64,000 nucleotides of DNA from an uncultured Gammaproteobacteria bacterium. Its GTDB lineage: Bacteria; Patescibacteriota; Microgenomatia; Daviesbacterales; UBA10151. Position numbers and translations under genes: made by a program. Position 1 is the stretch's first letter. Every line of letters starts with the position of its first letter. Under the pieces are notes generated by a model. It saw only the letters and a list, made by a program, of their open reading frames with translations. It had not been told where the DNA came from and did not search any database. Positions 48,347-58,162 of this stretch are shown in pieces. The stretch spans positions 8,316-72,315 of the forward strand of contig CAYMZD010000004.1 of assembly GCA_964394855.1 (NCBI GenBank). The letters are read 5' to 3'.

Positions 48347-49928
48347 ACATTTATTAATCCAAATAGACAAAAATAGCTGGAAATTAGATATAAATTTGCC
48401 CGATAGAAAGATACCGAGGAGTTTTAGGTTAGACCGAAATGGTTATATTTGTTTGGGATATTTTATTAGTTGGGAAGAGGATCTAACAGATCAGCAGATT
48501 TTTCAGTATTGTAAAGACAGAGACTTTGAAACGTTAGCCAATTTAACCGCCGATTTTTTAATAATATTTATCGATCAAAGTAATAAAAAAGTAACTGTAC
48601 TTAACAGCCAAACAGGAACCTTTCCATGTTATTTTGCTTTCATAGAGGACAATTTAATTATCTCAACCTCGTTTTACGAGATTAAAAAAAGGTTAAAATA
48701 TCTAACTTTAAATTTAAATCAAGCCTTTGATTATTTTATATTTGAATTTTTCAATTTTCCACAAGATGAAACGATATTAGAGGAGATAAACCAGGTTCCG
48801 CCAGCGGCGCTATTAGAAGTTAAACCGACTTTCGAATATAGAATTAGTTCTTTACTAAAGTACAGAGAATTTTATGGAGAAGGGGTTACACCTCTGGAAT
48901 CAACTGAAGATTTTACTAATCAAGTTGCTACTTTAATAGAAATAATCACTCGGGAACGCTTGACAAGACTTAAACAATTTTCTAAGGCTGGTGAATTAAG
49001 CTCTGGCTATGATAGTGGATTAGTAGCCTCCGCGATTGCTAATATAGATCCCCAAAGTGCTCAATTTTATACTTGGAATTCAGAGTTGGATCAACTTGAT
49101 AGCGATCCCGCTGTTGTAAAAAAGTTCGCTTTAAAACATGAATTAAAAGTTAATTTTTGGGAGAAAGATGCCTACTTTCCTTTTGCGGCAGAAGAAGACT
49201 TGAAGCTATCGGAAGATAATTTTTATCCAGCGACATTTGCTCAAAATTTAATTTTAGAATTCTACAAGTATCTTTCAGCGGAGGACAAAGAGGTTGTTTT
49301 TAACGGAACTGGAGGAGATGAAATTTATATGGTACATGAAATGGATGATTTATATCCATATTTTGTTCATCTTGATTATTTTGATACTGTTAGAGCTCTA
49401 GATTGGGATATAGATAGGATATTAACTTCAAAAGGTATAGATATTTTGATGGATAGAGATCGTTTTTCGAAAAGAAATCTCTATCCTGTGATTTTATCTA
49501 CGTCATCATTGGAAAAAAATTATTTCCCAATTTATTGGGAATATAATCTTTGGCCAGTATCTCCTTTAACAGATCCTAGATTAATTAAATTAGCTCGTAG
49601 AATGCCTAAAAAAGATCCAGAGCAATTGCGGAAAGAGCATATCTGGAAACACAGAACAGATATTTTCCTGCCCGAGCAACTAAAGCCCAAGCATAGATTT
49701 GGAACTTTAAATTTTGTTAAACAATATGTTAAAAAGAGAAAAGATTTTATTATTGAGGTACTTAGAAATTCAGTCTTGGCTAAAAAAGGTTTAATTAAGG
49801 CAGATGAAATTATAAAAAATCTACAAGAGGACAAATTTGATTTATATTCTGACAAAAATAATTTGTTTTTCCATAATGTAATTAGGCTTGAATATTTTAT
49901 CCAAAAAAATTTAGTTAAAGTTTTGTGA
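48330..49928 (+). CDS. Asparagine-synthetase-B-like amidotransferase without the N-terminal Cys nucleophile (lasso-cyclase-like)
   Basis: PP-loop SSGYDSGLVASAI (compare SGGLDSS); N-terminus MKSMNK lacks Cys2; TTG start; 532 aa. Confidence 0.7.
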   Translation: MKSMNKHLLIQIDKNSWKLDINLPDRKIPRSFRLDRNGYICLGYFISWEEDLTDQQIFQYCKDRDFETLANLTADFLIIFIDQSNKKVTVLNSQTGTFPCYFAFIEDNLIISTSFYEIKKRLKYLTLNLNQAFDYFIFEFFNFPQDETILEEINQVPPAALLEVKPTFEYRISSLLKYREFYGEGVTPLESTEDFTNQVATLIEIITRERLTRLKQFSKAGELSSGYDSGLVASAIANIDPQSAQFYTWNSELDQLDSDPAVVKKFALKHELKVNFWEKDAYFPFAAEEDLKLSEDNFYPATFAQNLILEFYKYLSAEDKEVVFNGTGGDEIYMVHEMDDLYPYFVHLDYFDTVRALDWDIDRILTSKGIDILMDRDRFSKRNLYPVILSTSSLEKNYFPIYWEYNLWPVSPLTDPRLIKLARRMPKKDPEQLRKEHIWKHRTDIFLPEQLKPKHRFGTLNFVKQYVKKRKDFIIEVLRNSVLAKKGLIKADEIIKNLQEDKFDLYSDKNNLFFHNVIRLEYFIQKNLVKVL

Positions 49929-49962
49929 TGTTGGTATGTGATTATTTTGCTAAAATAATCAG

Positions 49963-50084
49963 ATAAAATATTTTTTTACTATAAAAATATAAAAAGGGGA
50001 AGGGGACATTAAAATTTGAGGCTTGGGGATATTACCATCCATAATTTAATTATCAAATTTTTACGCTTTATTTGTCAAGTCAAG
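49963..50084. repeat. Direct repeat B, with a truncated 27-codon copy of the 47767 gene N-terminus on the minus strand
   Basis: Minus strand reads MDGNIPKPQILMSPSPFYIFIVKKYFI-stop. Confidence 0.85.
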
Positions 50085-50190
50085 GAAATTGACAAGCATG
50101 ATAGTTTTTGTTATATTCTTATTCATTCTGTCATTTTGTACAAATACAGTTTAGCCTTCTTTGTCTGGTCAATCAGACCATGGCGGAGGA

Positions 50191-50880
50191 TTAGCTCCGA
50201 TAACTAATATATTCACGAGCATTAATATCTAATCCTGAATCTAATATATATTTTTCTTGAGCGAAATCCTTAATTAAAACGGCTATTTTTTCAGGTAGAA
50301 TTCCTTGAAAATTTTTCATTTGGGTAGCAACTCCTCCAGATATGAAATTATATATTTTTAAAGTGGGAGTTTCCTTTGCCAAAGCTTGAGTAAAACCTCG
50401 CACACCCCATTTTGAAGCTCCATAAACTGATTGTTTTTCATATCCTCCTATACTGGCAGCACTTCCCATATTTATAATCATGTCTTGAATATATGGTAAG
50501 CAAGCAATAGTCATTTTAATCAATCCCTCCAAGTTAACTCTTAATTGATTTTCAACTTCATTATTAGTATGTTCTCTCGCCATTTTCCAAAAAATTACTC
50601 CGGAGTTATTAATTAAGATAGATATTTTTCCTAATTGTTTTATTATTTTAGCAACCGTCCTTTTTATAGAATCATTATTTGTGAGATCTAAATATAATAA
50701 CAAAACTTTAGGAGACCCCAATTCTAGGCACCTTCTTTTTACTAACTCTCCTTCTTTATATCCCTTATAATAAGTTAAAATCAGTATACTTTTTTGTTTG
50801 GCAAATTCATAAGCACATTCTTTCCCGATACCACGACTTGCTCCAGTTATAAACACAACTCTATTTTCTAAAGAATACAT
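50191..50880 (-). CDS. Short-chain dehydrogenase/reductase
   Basis: TGASRGIG cofactor site; YxxxK. Confidence 0.85.
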   Translation of the reverse strand: MYSLENRVVFITGASRGIGKECAYEFAKQKSILILTYYKGYKEGELVKRRCLELGSPKVLLLYLDLTNNDSIKRTVAKIIKQLGKISILINNSGVIFWKMAREHTNNEVENQLRVNLEGLIKMTIACLPYIQDMIINMGSAASIGGYEKQSVYGASKWGVRGFTQALAKETPTLKIYNFISGGVATQMKNFQGILPEKIAVLIKDFAQEKYILDSGLDINAREYISYRS

Positions 50881-50910
50881 ATCACTTCTTTCATATCAAC
50901 TTTATTAATA

Positions 50911-52155
50911 TTATCTTCTTGTTACAAAATCTAAAAATTGAGCATTAATTTTGGCTGGTGAAAATTTATCTAAGGTAATTGTTTGGGCTAATTCAGATAA
51001 GTACTGTCGGTATCGAGAAGGTGCAGAAATAAGATCTTTAATTTTTTGGGCTAACTGATAATAACCAATTTCATTTGGCTCTTGGGCTAGAAAACCAGCT
51101 TCACCAAATTGAGATATAGCCTCTCCTGATCCCCGTGAATTAAAGCCCATTAAAGGTAGCCCATGACTAGCAGCTTCGGTAAATACTAAACTTAGACCTT
51201 CTATGGTTGATGGCTGAAAGAAGAGATCAGCGTTTGTATATGCCTTACATAAAAAATCACCATCTGGAATACATCCTCTTAAATCAAACTGGCAATGAGA
51301 GAAACTTTTATTTAATTCTTCAGTTTGTTGAGAAAACCATTGACCATATGGATTATTAAGATCGCCCACAACAACGAACTTTGCTAGACTATCACTACCT
51401 TTCAATATACGGTCTAGCATAACCGCAAGTTCCAATAATCTACCAGTACCTTTTTTAGCAGTAATACGACCTACACTTAAAATTGTATATTCGTTAGTAT
51501 CAGTTTTTCTTTGCTGGGGACATTTATGGCAAAATTCTCCAACTGGTGGAATAACTATCCATTCAGCGGGAGTATCTTTAGGAAAAACATTATCGAATGA
51601 GGATTTGATCGAATATGAATTAAATATAGCTGATGTATTTGTTATTCCTCTTTGAGATAACATCATATTTCTAAGGTGATATAAGGGGTGCGAAAGTAGA
51701 TAGATATAATAGTCCACCAAAGATGCGGAATCGACATCAGAAAGTCCTATGTCTAATGGACAATTCCATACGACAGTAGTTTTTCGTTTTTGCTTAGGTA
51801 TTAATCGATCGTAGACACTCATACCTATCATATCAGGGCTATATATTACTATATTACCCATGCTTTGCTGAACTAAAGAAGATAACTTTCGTTTAGAAGC
51901 TGGGGTAGGCAGTTTTTCAAGAATTGGTATGCTCGCTATGGTATGGAGAGGCTCATAAGCTAAAGAAGGATAAGGTGATGGAGGGTGAACTAAAGATTTT
52001 CGTCTTTTGATTGGATAAGCCCATATTACTTCTTGATTGCCTTGACTTGCGGCAAATTCCGCGAATGAAGCAACTGTTCGTTGTATACCTCCTGTAGTAT
52101 TTGGGGCATATTCAGATGTAAGTAGCAGGCTATTTTTCGCTTCTTCCTTTAGCAT
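50911..52155 (-). CDS. GT4-like glycosyltransferase
   Basis: C-terminal GT-B region with FTEAASHGLPLMGF. Confidence 0.7.
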   Translation of the reverse strand: MLKEEAKNSLLLTSEYAPNTTGGIQRTVASFAEFAASQGNQEVIWAYPIKRRKSLVHPPSPYPSLAYEPLHTIASIPILEKLPTPASKRKLSSLVQQSMGNIVIYSPDMIGMSVYDRLIPKQKRKTTVVWNCPLDIGLSDVDSASLVDYYIYLLSHPLYHLRNMMLSQRGITNTSAIFNSYSIKSSFDNVFPKDTPAEWIVIPPVGEFCHKCPQQRKTDTNEYTILSVGRITAKKGTGRLLELAVMLDRILKGSDSLAKFVVVGDLNNPYGQWFSQQTEELNKSFSHCQFDLRGCIPDGDFLCKAYTNADLFFQPSTIEGLSLVFTEAASHGLPLMGFNSRGSGEAISQFGEAGFLAQEPNEIGYYQLAQKIKDLISAPSRYRQYLSELAQTITLDKFSPAKINAQFLDFVTRR

Positions 52156-52682
52156 TATATTTTAAATGTTTTTGTTGTTAATTGGTTTTTTATAAGAAAA
52201 AATAATAGCCACGCTAAAGTTAAAGGATTTTTTAGTTGATTAAGTAATTCAGACCATTTATTGATGAAGTCAAGTCGAATGATTATTTTATTATTAAATG
52301 CAAGAAAATCGTTTATTTTTTTTGTATCATATAATGAAATAGGAGTAGGTAAATTATAAAAATTAGCCCATTTAATATTCCTCACTTCTGAAGATTCCTT
52401 TAGTGTAGTGGGGTTAATTAGTTGCCCAGAGAATAAATATTTCTTTATATTACCATTTTTAGCATAATACTTGGCAATTAAATTAACTTTTTTTATCTTT
52501 ATTCCAGTTTCTTCATAAAGTTCTCTTAAAGCTGCAACTTTAGGAGATTCTTTTTTATTAATATGCCCTCCAGGGATAACCCAGAAAGGAACGTCTTGTC
52601 TCTGGGTTAAAAGAATTCTTCCTTCTCTATTGATAATAATTGTATGAACACTTTGATCCTTATAAGTATTTTGCTGTCTCAT
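52155..52682 (-). CDS. NUDIX hydrolase
   Basis: Nudix box GGHINKKESPKVAALRELYEETGI. Confidence 0.8.
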   Translation of the reverse strand: MRQQNTYKDQSVHTIIINREGRILLTQRQDVPFWVIPGGHINKKESPKVAALRELYEETGIKIKKVNLIAKYYAKNGNIKKYLFSGQLINPTTLKESSEVRNIKWANFYNLPTPISLYDTKKINDFLAFNNKIIIRLDFINKWSELLNQLKNPLTLAWLLFFLIKNQLTTKTFKI

Positions 52683-53841
52683 TTATTGTCTTGCTAAAAT
52701 AGTAAAAGTATTTTAACAGATCTTTGTTAGTTATTTCTAAAAAAAGGGTTTCATAATCAAGCTCTCTTTTTAATATTTTTAATTTAAAGTTGAACTCTTG
52801 GTTACGGCACAAGCGGTCTTTAGAAATAGTTATTTTTCTAGACTTATTTTTTGGATGAGTAAAAATCAGATCAGGTAATCTTGAGCAGTAGTAGTCTGAA
52901 CAATATAAGCTTAACAGGAGAGCCTTCAACTTTCTTTCCATCTTGGAAAAGTTGTACTTATTAATTGTACTCTGTAATGCACTATTGCTCCATTTATAAT
53001 CTTCTTCATGCCCCACATGGACTTTGGTTAAATTTAGTACAGGAATGTTTGATTCACCTTGAAAGTAATCGTCCAGAAAGCAATCATTTATTCCTTCTTT
53101 TATTAAGGAGTCTTGCAATAACTTCCACCTCGTGATTGATGAAACATCATTCTTGTTATTTTTTGTATAAGCATTTAAGACAAGTGCTTCTAAGTCAATT
53201 CGAGCTAATAAAGCTTTACCTTCTGCAAATTTTGAATAATTTTCTTTAATTGCAGAGATCACAGTGTCTATAGTGGTATCTTCCCTTAAATATTGATGGA
53301 AACAATCGCGGTATTCAAACTTACGTCGAGATAAATATGCTTTGATACTATGTTGCTGATTAGTAATATTAAAAATTGGTGGATACTTTTCCCATGATAA
53401 GTTATCAATCTTAATACGTGTTTCACCTAGTATAATTCCATCCCAGACTTTAGTTATTTCTGTGAGTATTTTTTTAGGAAACAGATCTGCTTCAGATGAA
53501 TAGCCGATATTGGTTAGCTTGTCTTTACTAATTAAATCATTAATAATCTGCTTACCTAGCTTTGCTTCAAGTAAGAACTTAGAGGGGAAACATTGAGGAA
53601 TAGTATGAGTATGAAATGGTAAAAGAAACTTTATTTTGGGATGATTAATTAGTTGGTAAAAACATTCAGGATTCCAAGCTTTCAAAAGTAATAAATCTTC
53701 AGTGCAAATTGAAACTGTTGAATTAATAACTAAGGAATTTAAAATTAATGGAAGATACTTTTCTATATAAAGAGTCCGCTGGGAAAATGATAATGAAAGA
53801 TGGTTAAAATTAATATGGTAAAGAACGGATAGATTAATCAT
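52660..53841 (-). CDS. Hypothetical protein (393 aa), possibly a carbohydrate-active fold
   Basis: Operon member with an overlapping start/stop; HTHTIP motif. Confidence 0.4.
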   Translation of the reverse strand: MINLSVLYHINFNHLSLSFSQRTLYIEKYLPLILNSLVINSTVSICTEDLLLLKAWNPECFYQLINHPKIKFLLPFHTHTIPQCFPSKFLLEAKLGKQIINDLISKDKLTNIGYSSEADLFPKKILTEITKVWDGIILGETRIKIDNLSWEKYPPIFNITNQQHSIKAYLSRRKFEYRDCFHQYLREDTTIDTVISAIKENYSKFAEGKALLARIDLEALVLNAYTKNNKNDVSSITRWKLLQDSLIKEGINDCFLDDYFQGESNIPVLNLTKVHVGHEEDYKWSNSALQSTINKYNFSKMERKLKALLLSLYCSDYYCSRLPDLIFTHPKNKSRKITISKDRLCRNQEFNFKLKILKRELDYETLFLEITNKDLLKYFYYFSKTINETAKYL

Positions 53842-54865
53842 GAGTTAATAATTGTTGCACTAAGTTTTTTTGTTTATATTCTGCCCATTTTTGAAACCAT
53901 GAAAGATCTTGTGGAGAAACTACTTCTGCTAGTTGAGCAATTGAGTCTCGGTAACAGTCAGCAATTCTTGCTAATGTGTTTCGTAGAACATTACTTTTTG
54001 TAACTAATTCATTAATTACCATTGAATCGGTCGGTGTAATTGTTCCTTTTCCAAAGAATGCTAATAGGGTACTTCTATCAGTAGGAGATAGCAAATTATA
54101 TAGATAGGATAAAGGTATGGTTGGTACACCTCGTCGAATGTCACTAAATGAACGACCATAAAGGTCCCCATCTGTAAAGTCTTTCAGGTCATTGATTAAT
54201 TGTCCTCCTTGATTAAATAATCTTAGACCAGAGATTGCTAATTTAAATTTTTGATCTTCTTGTGATTCTGTCCACATCGCACTTAGCTGAAATGTTCCGT
54301 GAAAATCACATCTATTTTCGTAGTTACGCGTAATTATTCCTACTGGTGTTTCTAAATCCATAAGTCGATGTTCCCTAAGTGATCTAAGTCCGATCTGAAT
54401 ATATCTTGTACATGAGCTTGCAACAGTAGAGTTACCAACTTTTTCTGTTAAGTATTCTAATAATTTTTTAGTTCCATTTAAGGCTGCTGCAAGGGTTTGC
54501 TGTTTACCAAATTTTACCCAGCAGGTTTGAAGGTTACCTCGCATTGTGTCCTCATCTTCAATATCATCAAACATTAAAGAAATTGCCCAAAGCATATCTG
54601 CGGAGACTGCTAATGGTTTTCGGATATCACTATTTATTCCTAAATTTTTGCCCAGTACTTCAACAAATAGTCCTTTTTCTTTATGTACATGGGTAACAAA
54701 ACTGTGGTGTATGGGAATTGCTGTTTCGGGTTCAAGTCGACCTAGAAACTCTTGAGTTAGGAATAAAAGTCCTCGGTTTTTCCATTCCTCAAAAACTGAT
54801 AAAACAGTTGGGGCATTAATTCTTGCGTAAATTGCAGTGTCTAATTCAGGGATCATAAAAGTCAT
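53834..54865 (-). CDS. Isoprenoid synthase-like protein (class I terpenoid synthase/prenyltransferase fold)
   Basis: First Asp-rich motif LMFDDIEDEDTMRGN; second acidic cluster NDLKDFTDGD. Confidence 0.45.
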   Translation of the reverse strand: MTFMIPELDTAIYARINAPTVLSVFEEWKNRGLLFLTQEFLGRLEPETAIPIHHSFVTHVHKEKGLFVEVLGKNLGINSDIRKPLAVSADMLWAISLMFDDIEDEDTMRGNLQTCWVKFGKQQTLAAALNGTKKLLEYLTEKVGNSTVASSCTRYIQIGLRSLREHRLMDLETPVGIITRNYENRCDFHGTFQLSAMWTESQEDQKFKLAISGLRLFNQGGQLINDLKDFTDGDLYGRSFSDIRRGVPTIPLSYLYNLLSPTDRSTLLAFFGKGTITPTDSMVINELVTKSNVLRNTLARIADCYRDSIAQLAEVVSPQDLSWFQKWAEYKQKNLVQQLLTHD

Positions 54866-54954
54866 TATATCAATCTATATCAGTACTTACCAACTTTATA
54901 AGAATTTTAACGAATATGAATAGGTAAATTACAAAGTTTTTTTAAGTAAATGAT

Positions 54955-55383
54955 TTATTCAAAAGCTTTATCTATGACTTCTTGTGATAAATACTTCCAA
55001 GATAATCTGGGATCAGTATAGTGTCTGGCTCTTTGAATTTTATCGTTCTTTATTTCAAATACTCCAACTATCGGAGTTCTAAATTTTTGGCCGGTTAATT
55101 CATCAATATAGCTTTCTACCCACTCAACTATTACTATACCTTTTTCCTCATCAGCTAAGATATTTTTAAACTGATACTCTCTGCCTTTAATTTGATAAAC
55201 TTTTTTGATGTTTTCTTCAACTGCCTTACCAGAAATAGTAGGAAAGGGCTGATCATTTTTATCTAAATACATTTCAATAACCTGATAGTTAGGGCTAATT
55301 AAGTTTAGCCCCTTTTTAGTATTACCCTCTTGTTCAGCTCTAAAAGAGTCCAGTACTAATTGAATCAATTGTTGTTTGTTCAT
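54955..55383 (-). CDS. SnoaL/NTF2-like protein
   Basis: Size 142 aa and a fold-typical pattern (limonene-epoxide-hydrolase/SnoaL-like). Confidence 0.5.
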   Translation of the reverse strand: MNKQQLIQLVLDSFRAEQEGNTKKGLNLISPNYQVIEMYLDKNDQPFPTISGKAVEENIKKVYQIKGREYQFKNILADEEKGIVIVEWVESYIDELTGQKFRTPIVGVFEIKNDKIQRARHYTDPRLSWKYLSQEVIDKAFE

Positions 55384-55461
55384 TAAATTAAGTTTATTGT
55401 TTAATTTTGCTTAAAGCAAATGAAGTTAAATTATTTCTTGAATTTAAGTCAAGATCTAATA

Positions 55462-56082
55462 TCAGCCAAATAACTGATCTAAACTTTTCTTTAGCAGTTT
55501 AATATTCTCTTTGTTCTTGGCTCTAGTAAAAAGAGTATTAAAATTTTTATAATAAGACTTAGCTTTTTCTAGTTTATTCTCTTCAAAATAAAAGTAGGTT
55601 AAATTAAAATAAATACTAATTTTTTCATCTAAATTTTTAGCTAATTTTTTAGCCTCCAGATAATAATTTTCTGCCTGTTTTGTTTCACCAATTCTTCTAT
55701 AAGCATTACCCAAATTTAAGCTAGATTGGTATCTATCTAGTCCTAGATTGCGAGCTTTTTGGTAAGATTTTATAGCTTTAAGGCCAGATTTAAGGTTTTG
55801 AAGATCTGTTTGGTGGTGATAAACATGCCCTAAATATGAATGGGTGATAGGATCTTTACTGCTCAACTTCAAAGATCTACTTAGATAATTAATCGCTTTA
55901 TTTTGCAAAAGCAACCTTTTCTTACCAGGAGACATAGCTGCTTTTTGATCATATAAAAGCCCCAATAAATTTAAAATTTGAGGTAGATTTTTTGAATATT
56001 CATTAAGTAACTTTTCTGCCTCATCATATTTTTGATTTGATATTAAATCTTTTATTTTTTCAAGATTTTTATCATCATTCAT
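55462..56082 (-). CDS. TPR-repeat protein
   Basis: Repeated A/Y/L TPR pattern. Confidence 0.7.
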   Translation of the reverse strand: MNDDKNLEKIKDLISNQKYDEAEKLLNEYSKNLPQILNLLGLLYDQKAAMSPGKKRLLLQNKAINYLSRSLKLSSKDPITHSYLGHVYHHQTDLQNLKSGLKAIKSYQKARNLGLDRYQSSLNLGNAYRRIGETKQAENYYLEAKKLAKNLDEKISIYFNLTYFYFEENKLEKAKSYYKNFNTLFTRAKNKENIKLLKKSLDQLFG

Positions 56083-56164
56083 ACATCTGGATTATACTAC
56101 TTAGGAGGGCCTTTGAAGATATTAATATAAATAAGGATTCAATCATAACGTAATTTTACCATTT

Positions 56165-56764
56165 TTGTATGGTAGAATCATGACTATGATTAAATTAAAT
56201 GCTAAACAGCTGCGAGGGGGTCCCACTTCGCTAAAGCTTCGCGGACTAAAGTCAAAAGTCAAACATAATGAGATATATATTGTTTTGGATAATGTCTTGG
56301 ATACATATAATATTGGCTCTATTTTCAGATTGGCAGATGCCGTTTCTGCCAAAAAGATCTATCTTTGTGGGGAAACTGCCACCCCTCCTAATCATCGGAT
56401 TAAAAAAGCCTCCATTAATACCACCGAATGGGTAGAGTGGGAATATTGCGAATCTGCGGTAGAGGCAATATCTAAGATCACCTCCGAGGTGAAAAAAATG
56501 CGATTACACCTCGGAGGTGGAGGATCAATACAAATTATAGCAATAGAACAGAGCCCTAAATCAATCCATTATAACAAATTTGAGTACAAATTGCCTATAT
56601 GTTTGGTAGTAGGACATGAAACAAATGGAGTATCCAAAGAAGTGCTGGAAAAAGTGGATGGGATAGTGGAACTGCCCATGTTTGGGATAAATAAATCCTT
56701 AAATGTTATGGTTTCTTTGGGAATAGTGCTTTACAAGGTACTGGAAAAAAAGTTAGATTTGTGA
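56165..56764 (+). CDS. SpoU/TrmH-class RNA 2'-O-methyltransferase
   Basis: Motifs NIGSIFRLADA and LVVGHETNGVS...SLNVMVSLGIVLY. Confidence 0.8.
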   Translation: MYGRIMTMIKLNAKQLRGGPTSLKLRGLKSKVKHNEIYIVLDNVLDTYNIGSIFRLADAVSAKKIYLCGETATPPNHRIKKASINTTEWVEWEYCESAVEAISKITSEVKKMRLHLGGGGSIQIIAIEQSPKSIHYNKFEYKLPICLVVGHETNGVSKEVLEKVDGIVELPMFGINKSLNVMVSLGIVLYKVLEKKLDL

Positions 56765-56770
56765 TATGTT

Positions 56771-58162
56771 GTGCCCAAGATGTTCGGAGAAAAAGATTCC
56801 GAAGAAGTGCTCTTTCCTTATAGAAAAATTTATTATCAACTTAAAGAAGGTATTTATTTCGTTCCCGGAGTCAAAGGAACTGCAATCTGTGATACTACCA
56901 CCGGTAATGTTTATAGCATCAACGAAGCTGGTAAAAGAGCTCTCTTGGGGCAACAAGAAGAACCTGATTACCTACAACAACTAAAAGAGCTTGGCCTTGT
57001 CGATGGCCAACCACAGCCGATTGAACTACAAAAACCTAAATTCGCTCTTGATTTTGTCTGGTTTGAACTAACTGAAGATTGTAATGAACGTTGTGCCCAC
57101 TGTTATGCCAACAGCATGCCGCCAAGATTGCGTAGACTTCTACCTATGGCTCAAACTACAGGATACGAAACAAATGGTCGGGTTAAACTGACTGCAGAAA
57201 GGTGGCGCGAGTTAATCCGCGAATCATACGATCTGGGTTGCCGTGAGTGTCAGTTTATTGGCGGCGAACCATTTTTCTGGCATGGTGAAAATAAAGAAAC
57301 TATGCTTGATTTGGCAACTTATGCTAAGGGGATGGGTTATCTTTCAATAGAGATTTTTACCAATGCCACACTGATTCATCCAGAAGACATTCAAAGGATT
57401 AAGGAGTTAGATTTGCATATTGCGGTTTCTCTCTACTCTGACGATGAAGAGGTTCACGACACTATTACCAAAACACCCGGCAGTTTTGCCAGAACCACGC
57501 AGGCTCTTGAACGGCTCAAAGAAGCTGGCGTCCAAACCCGTGTTGAGACTGTACTCATGCGTCCCAATCAACACACTGTTGAAAGCACCAACCAATTTAT
57601 CCAACAAATGGGTTTTAACCATCGCTCACCGGATGTTTTGCGACCCAAAGGACGCGGTGACAATCTTGAACTTATACCAGATCCGGAATCACTTGTTAAA
57701 TATGGTTTAATTCTGGGACCGGATTTTTCTGCTTCGCCTGATTTTTTCCAGAGAAGCGTAGATGGACATAACTGTTTGGCTGGAAAAATTACCATAACTG
57801 ATAATGGAAACGTATTACCCTGTATTTTCTCAAGAGAGCAAATTGTAGGAAATGTTAGACAGAAATCACTTGAGGAAGTACTTGAAGATAAAATCCAACA
57901 AATTTGGGGTTTAACCAAAGATGATGTTTTGGTTTGTCAGGATTGCCAGTATCGTTACGTTTGTTTTGATTGTCGCCCGCTTTCTGAAGGCGCTACCAGT
58001 GGTAACGGGAAATACGCAAGCGCTCCTTATCCCCGCTGTACCCACAACCCCTATGAGGATCGTTGGGGTAACGGAACTTGGAAGCTGGATGGAAACGGCC
58101 AACCATATTACGATGAAACATTAAAACCAATTATAGAAAAAGTAAGAAGTGAGGGGAGGTGA
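56771..58162 (+). CDS. Radical SAM / SPASM-domain peptide maturase with N-terminal RRE-like domain
   Basis: Motif CNERCAHC (CxxxCxxC); a C-terminal Cys cluster (CLAGK...LPC...CQDCQYRYVCFDCRP); about 100 aa of PqqD-like N-terminal extension. Confidence 0.85.
   Translation: MPKMFGEKDSEEVLFPYRKIYYQLKEGIYFVPGVKGTAICDTTTGNVYSINEAGKRALLGQQEEPDYLQQLKELGLVDGQPQPIELQKPKFALDFVWFELTEDCNERCAHCYANSMPPRLRRLLPMAQTTGYETNGRVKLTAERWRELIRESYDLGCRECQFIGGEPFFWHGENKETMLDLATYAKGMGYLSIEIFTNATLIHPEDIQRIKELDLHIAVSLYSDDEEVHDTITKTPGSFARTTQALERLKEAGVQTRVETVLMRPNQHTVESTNQFIQQMGFNHRSPDVLRPKGRGDNLELIPDPESLVKYGLILGPDFSASPDFFQRSVDGHNCLAGKITITDNGNVLPCIFSREQIVGNVRQKSLEEVLEDKIQQIWGLTKDDVLVCQDCQYRYVCFDCRPLSEGATSGNGKYASAPYPRCTHNPYEDRWGNGTWKLDGNGQPYYDETLKPIIEKVRSEGR

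Noticed and set aside
50016-50207. Plus-strand 63-aa ORF
   Set aside because: It falls within direct repeat B and the untranslated region upstream of the SDR gene. The conserved reading frame in the repeat is on the minus strand, a truncated copy of the 47767 gene N-terminus.
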